Origin: an uncultured Acidobacteriota bacterium
GTDB taxonomy: Bacteria; Acidobacteriota; Thermoanaerobaculia; Multivoradales; JAHEKO01
DNA: 64,000 bases
NCBI GenBank assembly: GCA_963713825.1
Contig: CAVQNG010000003.1
Span: forward strand, 1,408,001 to 1,472,000
Reading direction: 5' to 3'
In this document: in pieces, positions 28,240 to 36,273 of the stretch
Layout: every line of letters begins with the position of its first letter
Numbering within the stretch: position 1 is the stretch's first letter
The notes under the pieces: model-generated
Database searches by the model: none
Told to the model about the DNA's origin: nothing
Seen by the model: the letters and a program-made list of their open reading frames with translations, nothing else
Made by a program: the position numbers and the translations under genes

Positions 28240-28345
28240 TAGACCTTCTTGCCTGTATGCGGAGTCTCGTTTGAAGGAGGGCCCCAGAACGGGAGAAGCC
28301 CAAGGGGAGGTACAGCGTCACCCGTCCCGCGGGCCCTCAGTCTCG
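28229..28345 (-). ncRNA. Candidate sigma54-dependent small RNA (~115 nt)
   Basis: Lies directly downstream of a consensus sigma54 promoter. Long stem GAGGGCCC/GGGCCCTC plus GGACGGG/CCCGUUC encloses CCUCCCC; 3' hairpin CAGGCAAG/CUUGCCUG; no credible ORF. Confidence 0.5.
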
Positions 28346-28355
28346 TCTTCGGTAG

Positions 28356-28371
28356 AGCAAATCCAGTGCCA
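28356..28371 (-). promoter_or_regulatory. Consensus sigma54 promoter
   Basis: TGGCACTGGATTTGCT, a perfect TGGCAC-N5-TTGCW. Confidence 0.8.
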
Positions 28372-28447
28372 TTTGTCGTTTGCTCTAAACGGCCGGTTCT
28401 CCTTGGTTGAGCAGGCCCGGTTTCAGCATCCCTGAGGTCCCTACTCT

Positions 28448-28481
28448 CGAGGCAGAACGCCCCGCTGTTGCCTTCTGCCCC
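28448..28481. promoter_or_regulatory. Second putative enhancer (UAS)
   Basis: Minus-strand GGGGCAGAAGGCAAC and GGGGCGTTCTGCCTC, 18-bp period; 23/34 identical to 25379-25412 by manual alignment. Confidence 0.6.
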
Positions 28482-28664
28482 GTCCAGTAGTGCCGAGGGA
28501 CATCACCTCAGCTGCTTGAACAGGTCCTCAGAGCGGTTGGAACCGCTGGTGCTCTCTTGCCACCTAGCACCTGCACAGCAGCTAGGTTCAAGACCTGCAG
28601 GGACTACTGCCGGACAGCAGTGCTGGAGACCCGCGTATCTATCTGAAAATAAAGGAGATGAAGA

Positions 28665-28741
28665 TGGCGCACCCGTAGGGATTCGAACCCCAAACCTCCT
28701 GATCCGTAGTCAGGTGCTCTATCCAGTTGAGCTACGGGTGC
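28665..28741 (-). tRNA. tRNA-Arg(ACG)
   Basis: GCACCCGTAGCTCAACTGGATAGAGCACCTGACTACGGATCAGG...GGTTCGAATCC..CGGGTGCGCCA; 77 nt, encoded CCA. Confidence 0.97.
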
Positions 28742-28833
28742 GCAAAGAACTGCGAGAGAGGGATTCTAGGGCAACCACCGAGCCGGGGCAAGCCGCCGAC
28801 GTACCCCAGGACCCCAAGACCTCGGGACCCGAG

Positions 28834-30996
28834 CTATTCAGCCATCTGCATTTCCAACGCCCAGCTCAGGAACGCCCACTGGTCGGCGATCTCCTCGATC
28901 TGCATCCAGGTAGGTTTGCCGGCACCGTGACCGGCGCGGGTCTCCACCCGGATGAGCAGAGGATTCTCGCAACCCTGGTCGTGCTGCAGGGCTGCGGCGT
29001 ACTTGAAGCTGTGCCAGGGCACCACCCGATTGTCGTGATCCGCGGTCGTCACCAGCGTCGGCGGATAGCAGGTGCCCTCTTGCGTGTTGTGGTAGGGCGA
29101 GTAGGCCAGTAGAGCCTCGAATTCCTCTTCGTTCTCGCTCAACCCGTAGTCGCTGGACCACTGCCGGGCGTTGGCGCTCGCGGTGTGGTAGCGCAGCATA
29201 TCCATGACTCCGACTGCCGGCAGCGCGGCACCGAAGAGATCGGGCCTCTGGTTCATGACGGCTCCGACGAGGAGTCCGCCGTTCGAGCCACCGCGAATCG
29301 CCAGCTTGTCCTTCGAGGTGTAGCCGTTGTCGATCAACCACTCGGCAGCGGCGATGAAGTCGTCGAAGACGTTCTGCTTTTGCAGCTTGGTGCCAGCCTG
29401 GTGCCACTCTTCGCCGTACTCACCTCCACCGCGCAGGTTGGCGACGGCCAGCACGCCACCCATCTCCATCCAGACGATCCGCCGTGGGCTGTAGTAAGGG
29501 GTGCGAGAGACGTTGAAGCCTCCATAGCCGTAGAGCAGCGTCGGATTGGTGCCGTCGAGCTCGAGGTCCTCGCGGTGAACGATGAACATCGGCACGCGGG
29601 TCCCGTCCTTACTCGCGTAGAAGACCTGGGTGGTGACGAAAGGACTCAAGTCCACGTTCACCTTGGCCTCGCGGAACAGCGTGCTCTCACCGCTCTCGAT
29701 ATCGTAGTGGTAGATGCGATCCGGAGTCGTGTAGCCGGTGAAGGTGTAAAACGTCTCGGGGTCGTCGAGCTTGCCACCAAAGCCGCCGACACTTCCGATA
29801 CCGGGCAGCTCGACCTCACGGGTCGGTTGGCCCTCCAGATCGAAGACCTTCACCACCGACTTGGCATCCTGGAGGTACTGAACGATCAGATGACCGCCGG
29901 CCAGTGAGGCTCCCTCGATGGTCTCCTCGGCCTCCGGTACGATCTCCTGCCAGTTCTCGGGTGACGGGTTTGTGAGGTCCACGCCGACGATTCGGTACTT
30001 GGGAGCGTCGTGGGTTGTGGAGAAGTAGAAGATGTCGTCCTTGTTGCCGAGAAGGTCGTAAAGAGCGTCCCACTCGTCGAGTAGCTTGACCACCGGCGCG
30101 TCGGGCTTGCCGAGCTCCTGGTAGTAGACGCCATTGGAGTCGTAGCCGTCGAAGACGCCGACAATCAAGTAGCGGCCGTCGTCCGTCACCTCTGCATAGG
30201 GATTGCGAGTCTCGTGGTCGGTGATGGAGTAGACGCTTACGTCCTCGGCCTGCGGCGTTCCAATCCGGTGGTAGTAGACCGAGACCTGCTGCGAATCGTC
30301 CGCTTCGCCACTGTCATTCTCGGGATAGCGGCTGTAGTAGAGGCCTGCACCATCCGCTGACCATGAGGCGCCTGAGAACTTGATGCCGTCGAGGCGGTCC
30401 TCGAGATCTTCGCCAGTCTCGACGTCGCGGACCTTCCAGTGGCGCCAATCGGAGCCCGCTTCCGAGATGCTGTAGGCGATCCGACTGCCGTCGGGGCTCA
30501 CTTCGAAGCTGGTCATCGAGGCAGTCCGATCGTCACTGAAGGTGTTGGGGTCGATCAGAGCTCGGGGCTCAGCTTCCAGGGTGTCGATGACGTACAAGAC
30601 ATCCTGATCCTGCAAGCCGTCGTTGCGCCGATAGAAGTAGCTTCCTCCCTGTTTGACCGGGGTTGTGAAGCGCTCGTAGTTCCAGACTTCGGTCAGACGT
30701 TGGTTGATCGTGTCCCGGGCCGGAATGGCCTCGAGGAAGGGTTGGGTAACTTCGTTCTCCGCTGCCACCCACTGCGCCGTCTGATCCCCGTCCACATCCT
30801 CGAGCCAGCGATACGGATCGGCAACTTCTACCCCATGATAGTTGTCGATGTGGTCGACGCGCTCGGTTTCGGGGTAGGTCACTGGAATCGTGGGGCCTTT
30901 GGCAGATTCGGGCTCGGACTTGGCGCATCCCGACAGGGCGATGACAAAGAGAAGGCCGGTCAGAAGCAGGGAACGCTGTAAACGGGCAAGCATCAT
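28834..30996 (-). CDS. Prolyl oligopeptidase (S9A), lipoprotein
   Basis: Lipobox LSGC; VADPYRWLE, GGSNGGLL, DHDNRV, AGHG catalytic triad. Confidence 0.95.
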   Translation of the reverse strand: MMLARLQRSLLLTGLLFVIALSGCAKSEPESAKGPTIPVTYPETERVDHIDNYHGVEVADPYRWLEDVDGDQTAQWVAAENEVTQPFLEAIPARDTINQRLTEVWNYERFTTPVKQGGSYFYRRNDGLQDQDVLYVIDTLEAEPRALIDPNTFSDDRTASMTSFEVSPDGSRIAYSISEAGSDWRHWKVRDVETGEDLEDRLDGIKFSGASWSADGAGLYYSRYPENDSGEADDSQQVSVYYHRIGTPQAEDVSVYSITDHETRNPYAEVTDDGRYLIVGVFDGYDSNGVYYQELGKPDAPVVKLLDEWDALYDLLGNKDDIFYFSTTHDAPKYRIVGVDLTNPSPENWQEIVPEAEETIEGASLAGGHLIVQYLQDAKSVVKVFDLEGQPTREVELPGIGSVGGFGGKLDDPETFYTFTGYTTPDRIYHYDIESGESTLFREAKVNVDLSPFVTTQVFYASKDGTRVPMFIVHREDLELDGTNPTLLYGYGGFNVSRTPYYSPRRIVWMEMGGVLAVANLRGGGEYGEEWHQAGTKLQKQNVFDDFIAAAEWLIDNGYTSKDKLAIRGGSNGGLLVGAVMNQRPDLFGAALPAVGVMDMLRYHTASANARQWSSDYGLSENEEEFEALLAYSPYHNTQEGTCYPPTLVTTADHDNRVVPWHSFKYAAALQHDQGCENPLLIRVETRAGHGAGKPTWMQIEEIADQWAFLSWALEMQMAE

Positions 30997-31102
30997 GGAT
31001 AACTCCTTGGAGTTTCGTGGCAGTGGCTGTTTCTAAGGAAGGGGACGAGCTCGGTGAAACTGTCCGGCCGAACTGGCCAACCGAGACTACCATCCGATTC
31101 CC

Positions 31103-31471
31103 TCAGGCTACAGCTACGGCTTTTCGCTGTATTTTGTTGCAGCTGTCGACGTGGACGAGCTTCGGCTCGTGGCCCCGAGCCTCCTCTTCGGTGTACTCCG
31201 CATAGCTGCAGATGATCACCAGATCACCGGGACCGGCCTTGTGGGCAGCGGCGCCATTGAGCGTGATCTCGCCGGCGCCCTCCTCTCCTTCGATGAAGTA
31301 GGTGGCGAACCGCTCCCCGTTGGTGATGTTGTAGATCTCGACCCGCTCGAACGGCACGAAATCAGCGGCCCGCGCCAGAGCAGGGTCGATGCTGATGGAG
31401 CCCTCGTATTCGAGGTCCGCATCGGTCACCGTGGCGCGGTGGATCTTGGACTTGAGAAGAGTGCGATTCAT
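31103..31471 (-). CDS. panD: Aspartate 1-decarboxylase
   Basis: [18 protein letters not shown] (G-S cleavage site), [13 protein letters not shown]. Confidence 0.97.
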   Translation of the reverse strand: MNRTLLKSKIHRATVTDADLEYEGSISIDPALARAADFVPFERVEIYNITNGERFATYFIEGEEGAGEITLNGAAAHKAGPGDLVIICSYAEYTEEEARGHEPKLVHVDSCNKIQRKAVAVA

Positions 31472-32319
31472 CCATCAACCTCCATGGAGATGTTGTCGAT
31501 CAATCTTGTTGTGCCTATGCGGACCGCGACTGGCATGACGATGCCGCCGCGAATTCGCCGGACTGGTTCGAAGCTGTCGGCCTCGACGACCTCCGCGTAC
31601 TCGACGTCGACGAGGACCTCTTGTTCCAGTACTTCACGAAGCACTCGACGGACGGCGTCGGCCGAGCGCTCGCCTTGCTCGATTCTCTGTCGGGCTGTGC
31701 TCAGTGAGCGATAGATCGCGGCAGCAGCGATGCGCTCCACGGGTGACAGGTAGGCATTGCGCGACGACATGGCGAGACCGTCGGGCTCTCGGACGGTTGG
31801 GAGGCTGGCGATCTCGACCGGTAGGTGCAGGTCCCGAACCAGGCGCCTGACGACCGCCAGCTGCTGCGCGTCTTTTTCTCCAAACACCGCGACCCCGGGG
31901 CGCACGAGGTTCAGGAGCTGTGTCACGACCGTGGCGACGCCGCGGAAGTGACCTGGCCGGAACTCGCCTTCGAGTCGGTCGGAGAGCGTCTCCACCTCGA
32001 CGTAGGTGCTGTGACCGGCCGGGTAGATGGTCGCAACCTCGGGTCGGAAGAGGAGGTGGCAGCCACTCTCCTGAAGCTGCTCGGCGTCCTGCTCCTCGCT
32101 TCTCGGGTAGCGCTCGAAATCCTCTCCGGGCCCGAACTGTGTCGGGTTGACGAAGATGGACACGATCACTCGATCAGCCAGCTGCGAGGCGCGGCGAACC
32201 AAAGCGAGGTGCCCTGCATGGAGAGCTCCCATCGTGGGCACGAAGCCCACCGAGCGATTCTCGAGTCGCCAGGACTCCACCCAATAGCGAATCTCGTCAG
32301 CTGAGCGGACGGTTTCCAC
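31468..32319 (-). CDS. panC: Pantoate--beta-alanine ligase
   Basis: [48 protein letters not shown]. Confidence 0.97.
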   Translation of the reverse strand: METVRSADEIRYWVESWRLENRSVGFVPTMGALHAGHLALVRRASQLADRVIVSIFVNPTQFGPGEDFERYPRSEEQDAEQLQESGCHLLFRPEVATIYPAGHSTYVEVETLSDRLEGEFRPGHFRGVATVVTQLLNLVRPGVAVFGEKDAQQLAVVRRLVRDLHLPVEIASLPTVREPDGLAMSSRNAYLSPVERIAAAAIYRSLSTARQRIEQGERSADAVRRVLREVLEQEVLVDVEYAEVVEADSFEPVRRIRGGIVMPVAVRIGTTRLIDNISMEVDG

Positions 32320-32372
32320 AGCTGTACCTCGCGTCGTTCATAGTTCTTGGTCCCATCGAGGCCTGATCGACT

Positions 32373-33239
32373 TCAGCCGTAGATCTTCCTGATCGGCTCA
32401 GCGCTGGGAAGCGTCGGGTCGTCGTAGCTCTCCTCAGCAGAAGGGAAGTTGCCCTCACGGACGTCGGTGGCAAAAGCGCTCAACGCTTGGCGCGCTGCCG
32501 AGCCGAGCTCAGCGTAGCGCCGGACGAATTTTGGAGAGAGTCGTTCCTCCAACCCCAGAAGGTCGTGGAAGACGAGGACCTGGCCGTCGCAATTGGGGCC
32601 AGCACCGATGCCGATGGTCGGGATCTCGACCGCCGCGGTTACTTCCGACGCCAGATCTGCGGGTACACACTCCAGCACCAGGGAGAAGGCTCCGGCCGCT
32701 TCGAGCTCCAGGGCCGCATCCTTAAGCGCCCGGCGCGGCCCGTCACCGCGACCCTGAACGCGAAAGCCGCCCAGCTTGTGGATCGATTGCGGCGTCAGGC
32801 CAAGGTGGGCCATGACAGGAATCTCGGCCTCGACCAGGGCGGCCACGGTCTCCGGTCGCCGGCCTTCGATCTTTACGGCTTGGGCACCACCCTCTTTGAT
32901 GAAACGAACGGCCTCGGCTACGGTCTGCTGAGGACCCAGGTGGAAAGAGCCATAGGGCATGTCAGCTACCAGAAGGGGAGTCTCGACGCCTCTCCTGACG
33001 GCTTTGACGTGGTGCAGCATCTCGTCCACGGTTACCGCCAGGGTGTCCTGATGTCCCAGGACGACCATCGCCAGGGAATCTCCCACCAGCACGATGTCGG
33101 CACCGGCCTGCTCTACCAGTCGAGCCTGGGAAAAGTCGTAGGCCGTCATCATGACCAGGCGCTGGCCGCGGGCGGGAGCTTGCTCGACCCAGGGAACGCT
33201 GATCGGTCGGTTCGGTTGCTGGTTTCGGTTTTCGTCCAT
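32373..33239 (-). CDS. panB: 3-methyl-2-oxobutanoate hydroxymethyltransferase
   Basis: TAYD, LVGDSL, ADMPYGS, VKIEG, HLGLTPQS, TIGIGAG..DGQVLV; ATG 33239 after AGGAGG. Confidence 0.97.
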   Translation of the reverse strand: MDENRNQQPNRPISVPWVEQAPARGQRLVMMTAYDFSQARLVEQAGADIVLVGDSLAMVVLGHQDTLAVTVDEMLHHVKAVRRGVETPLLVADMPYGSFHLGPQQTVAEAVRFIKEGGAQAVKIEGRRPETVAALVEAEIPVMAHLGLTPQSIHKLGGFRVQGRGDGPRRALKDAALELEAAGAFSLVLECVPADLASEVTAAVEIPTIGIGAGPNCDGQVLVFHDLLGLEERLSPKFVRRYAELGSAARQALSAFATDVREGNFPSAEESYDDPTLPSAEPIRKIYG

Positions 33240-33281
33240 CGAGTGCCTCCTTCTCTGCGCCGGCTCTTGCGAGTCGACATC

Positions 33282-33317
33282 AAAAAGCCCCTCTGTCCGC
33301 GATGAGACAGAAGGGCT
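33282..33317 (-). terminator. Intrinsic terminator (attenuator) upstream of panB
   Basis: AGCCCUUCUGUC-loop-GACAGAGGGGCU followed by UUUU, about 40 nt before the panB start. Confidence 0.8.
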
Positions 33318-33446
33318 CGGAGAGCCGTAGTACCCTCGACCGCACGATTCGGTCACCCCACTTCGAGGTGCCTGTCCCTGGTTTGAGATCAGGCCCGTGT
33401 GACCGCACTCGTCAGGCGACGGTGCTGGTTTCTTCCGTCTCGGTCC
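33282..33446 (-). ncRNA. Cis-regulatory leader of panBCD (possible pan RNA motif)
   Basis: Structured leader; GAGACGGAAG can pair either locally with CCGUC or with the terminator 5' arm CUUCUGUCUC. Confidence 0.6.
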
Positions 33447-34097
33447 CTACTGGGATCCAAGCGGTACGTAATACTGCGTGCCCTTGATGGGCCTCTGGAG
33501 CTGGCGTACCAACTCCTCGAAATCCTCTGACCGATCGACGAAGTTCAAATTGCGCGTATCGACTACCAGGAGCGGAGACCGGTTGTAGTAATGGTAGTAG
33601 TGATGGTACGCGTCGATCAACTCCGTCAGGTACTCCTCGGACATGTCCCGCTCGAAGCTCCTCTCCCGCTTGTTAATACGCTTCATGCAGGTGTCCAGAT
33701 CTGCCACGAGGTAGAGAACTAGATCCGGAACTGGAATCTGGGGCTCGAGCAGGGTGTAGAGCTTGTCGAACAGCAGCAGCTCGTCGTCCGACAGATTGAG
33801 ATAGGCAAAAATCCGATTCTTCGGAAACGTGTAGTCACTCAAGAGCAGGCGATCGAAGAGCTCTCTCTGCGCGATGTCCTGTTGTTGCTTGAAGCGCGAC
33901 AGCAGGAAGTAGAGCTCGGTCTGGAACGCCGCCCCTGGCCGGTCGCGGTAGAAGTCGGGCAGAAACGGATTGTCGACGTCTTCGAGGATCTTGACGCCTT
34001 CGAAGCGTCGGGCCAGCTTCTCGACAAGAGAGGTTTTGCCCACGCCGATGGGGCCATCGACGGCCAGGTAGTGGAAGGGAAGCGATTCGTTGCTCAT
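33447..34097 (-). CDS. Deoxynucleoside kinase
   Basis: VDGPIGVGKT, NPFL.DFY, FLLSR, PDLVLYL, R.FE; ATG 34097. Confidence 0.92.
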   Translation of the reverse strand: MSNESLPFHYLAVDGPIGVGKTSLVEKLARRFEGVKILEDVDNPFLPDFYRDRPGAAFQTELYFLLSRFKQQQDIAQRELFDRLLLSDYTFPKNRIFAYLNLSDDELLLFDKLYTLLEPQIPVPDLVLYLVADLDTCMKRINKRERSFERDMSEEYLTELIDAYHHYYHYYNRSPLLVVDTRNLNFVDRSEDFEELVRQLQRPIKGTQYYVPLGSQ

Positions 34098-34099
34098 GA

Positions 34100-35224
34100 T
34101 CAGGTTGCCGTCGGCGACTCCTGCCGCGGGTTGTAGAGCGTATCGCGTTCTACCGGCACGAAACCCGCTTCCTTGACGACGCGTTCCAACTCCGAGCGCG
34201 ACAGTGACTGGTCGGTCTGGGCACCAGCCATGTGGTAGATCGTCTCTTCTACGACAGTGCCGTCGATGTCGTCGGCGCCGAAGCTCAGGGCCACTTGCGC
34301 CAGCTTGGGTGTGAGCATAATCCAATAGGCCTTGATGTGGGGAACATTGTCCAAGACCAGTCGCGAGGTGGCGAGATGTCGCAAGTCCTCACTGCCGGTT
34401 GTGTGGTAAGTCAGCCCCATGTAGTTGTTCTCGGGATGGTAGGCCAGCGGAATGAAGGCATTGAAACCGCCGGTGTCGTCCTGGAGGTCTCTCAGTTTCA
34501 GGAAATGATCCACCTTGTGCTCGGCCTTTTCGACGTGCCCATAGAGCATCGTGCAATTGCTGCGTATTCCAAGGCCATGGGCGATGCGGTGGACTTCCAA
34601 CCACTCGTCAGCATCGAGCTTGCCGTCGCAGATGATCTCCCGTACCTCGGAGTGGAAGATCTCGGCGCCCCCTCCCGGCAGCGAGCCGAGGCCGGCTTCT
34701 CTGAGGCGTAACAAGACTTCCTCGAGGCTCATTCCCTCGCGCTTGGCGAACCATCCGATCTCGATCGCGGTGAAGGCCTTGAGGTGCACCTCGGGGAAAC
34801 GTTCCTTCAAACCCCGTAGCATCTCGAGGTACCAGTCCAGGGACAGATCGGGGTGGAGTCCGCCAACGATGTGGAACTCGGTGACCTGATTGCCGCCCTG
34901 CGTCGCCGCGTGCTCGTAGACCTCATCGTGCGACATGGCCCAGGCGTGATCTTCGCCAGGCAGTGCCGCAAAGCTGCAGAATTTGCAGTTGTAGGTATAG
35001 ACGCAGATGTTGGTGGGGTTGATGTGCCGGTTGACGTTGAAAAACGCCGTTTCGCCGTGTTTCTGCATCCGCACGGCGTTCGCCAGCTGGCCGAGGTGGA
35101 GGAGGTGAGGCGTCTCCAGACAGAGCAGGGCATCCTCTTCGTCGAGCCTTCGTCCAGCGCGCACCTTCGCCGCGAGATCACGCAGGGATTCGGGGAAAAT
35201 CTCGGGCCTGATTTGAGCAGTCAT
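34100..35224 (-). CDS. mqnE: Aminofutalosine synthase MqnE (CofH-family radical SAM)
   Basis: FNVNRHINPTN.C, HIVGGLHP, HLKAFTA.EI, PGGGAEIF, IPLAYHPEN, HIKAYW, GTVVEE.IYHMAG; next to mqnP. Confidence 0.88.
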   Translation of the reverse strand: MTAQIRPEIFPESLRDLAAKVRAGRRLDEEDALLCLETPHLLHLGQLANAVRMQKHGETAFFNVNRHINPTNICVYTYNCKFCSFAALPGEDHAWAMSHDEVYEHAATQGGNQVTEFHIVGGLHPDLSLDWYLEMLRGLKERFPEVHLKAFTAIEIGWFAKREGMSLEEVLLRLREAGLGSLPGGGAEIFHSEVREIICDGKLDADEWLEVHRIAHGLGIRSNCTMLYGHVEKAEHKVDHFLKLRDLQDDTGGFNAFIPLAYHPENNYMGLTYHTTGSEDLRHLATSRLVLDNVPHIKAYWIMLTPKLAQVALSFGADDIDGTVVEETIYHMAGAQTDQSLSRSELERVVKEAGFVPVERDTLYNPRQESPTAT

Positions 35225-35306
35225 CGGGGGTGGGTCCGGTCGAAGGGTCGGCAGTATATCAAGGTGAACCAGGCGGCAGTGGGGTCACCACGGACTGCTT
35301 CGCCCT

Positions 35307-36176
35307 CTAGCCTCGAAGCAGGAAATCGACCCCGGTCGAGAGGAACAACCAACTGGCGAGTAGGCCGTTGGCCTGGAAAAAGGCCGCGTCGAGCCGCGAC
35401 AGATCGCCCGGCCGCACGATCCGATGCTGATAGGTGAGGAGGATCACGCAGCCGGCGACTCCAACCCAATAGCCCAAGCCGAGTCCAGGCGGGTAGATGC
35501 CGGGCAGGAGCGCCAACAACAACAGCATTCCCAGATGCAGAAGGCCGGAGATCCAGAGAGCAGCAACTTCGCCGAATCGGACTGGCACCGAGTGGAGGCC
35601 GGCCCCAAGGTCGAACTCCCGATCCTGCAGTGCGTAGAGGACATCGAATCCTGCGACCCAGAGAAGCACGGCGCCGGCCAGGACCAGGGGTGTTGGTGTG
35701 ACGTCGCCACGAACTGCCACCCATGCTCCCACTGGGGCGCCAGCCAAAGCGAGGCCGAGAACCAGGTGGGACCAGTGCGTGAACCTCTTCGAGTAGGAAT
35801 AGCCGAGCAGGATGAACAGAGCCAACGGAGTCAGGGCCAGGGCCAGGGGATTGAGCCTGGAGGCGGCAAAGACGAGCACCAGACAGTTGGCCAACACGAA
35901 CAGGCCTACGAACGCTGGAGTGACCTGCTGCGCTGGAAGAGCTCGACGCGAGGTGCGGGGATTGGCCGCATCGATCGTGCGATCGACCAGCCTGTTGAAG
36001 CCCATGGCGGCACTGCGCGCCCCGACCATCGCCAGGACAATCCAGCCGACCACCGACCACTCGGGCCAGCCCTCGGCTGCCAGCAACATGCCGAGGAAGG
36101 CGAACGGCAGGGCGAACAGGGTGTGCTCGAATTTGATCATCTCGAGCACGGTCTGGAGGCTTTTGAAACTGCTCAT
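35307..36176 (-). CDS. mqnP: UbiA-family menaquinone prenyltransferase (MqnP-like)
   Basis: IKFEHTLFALPFA, ARSAAMGFNR..D..ID..NPRT..R, YSYSKRF, GFD..YA.QD..FD. Confidence 0.88.
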   Translation of the reverse strand: MSSFKSLQTVLEMIKFEHTLFALPFAFLGMLLAAEGWPEWSVVGWIVLAMVGARSAAMGFNRLVDRTIDAANPRTSRRALPAQQVTPAFVGLFVLANCLVLVFAASRLNPLALALTPLALFILLGYSYSKRFTHWSHLVLGLALAGAPVGAWVAVRGDVTPTPLVLAGAVLLWVAGFDVLYALQDREFDLGAGLHSVPVRFGEVAALWISGLLHLGMLLLLALLPGIYPPGLGLGYWVGVAGCVILLTYQHRIVRPGDLSRLDAAFFQANGLLASWLFLSTGVDFLLRG

Positions 36177-36273
36177 AGCGAGTGCCGTAGCTTACCGTGA
36201 TCGTTCGATCGCCGCCGGGTTATCCAGCAGAGGTCGGGTAGCGTAGACTACAACGCCAGACCTCGCTGAAGAG

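Noticed and set aside
28150-28323. ~57-codon GTG ORF downstream of the orphan sigma54 promoter
   Set aside because: Weak RBS buried in a stem, runs antisense into the bEBP HTH, and has no protein-like features; an RNA product is more plausible.
28482-28664. Integrase remnant next to the tRNA
   Set aside because: No tyrosine or serine recombinase motifs were readable.
28468-29112. 214-aa ORF spanning the tRNA
   Set aside because: It overlaps tRNA-Arg and the prolyl oligopeptidase antisense; spurious.
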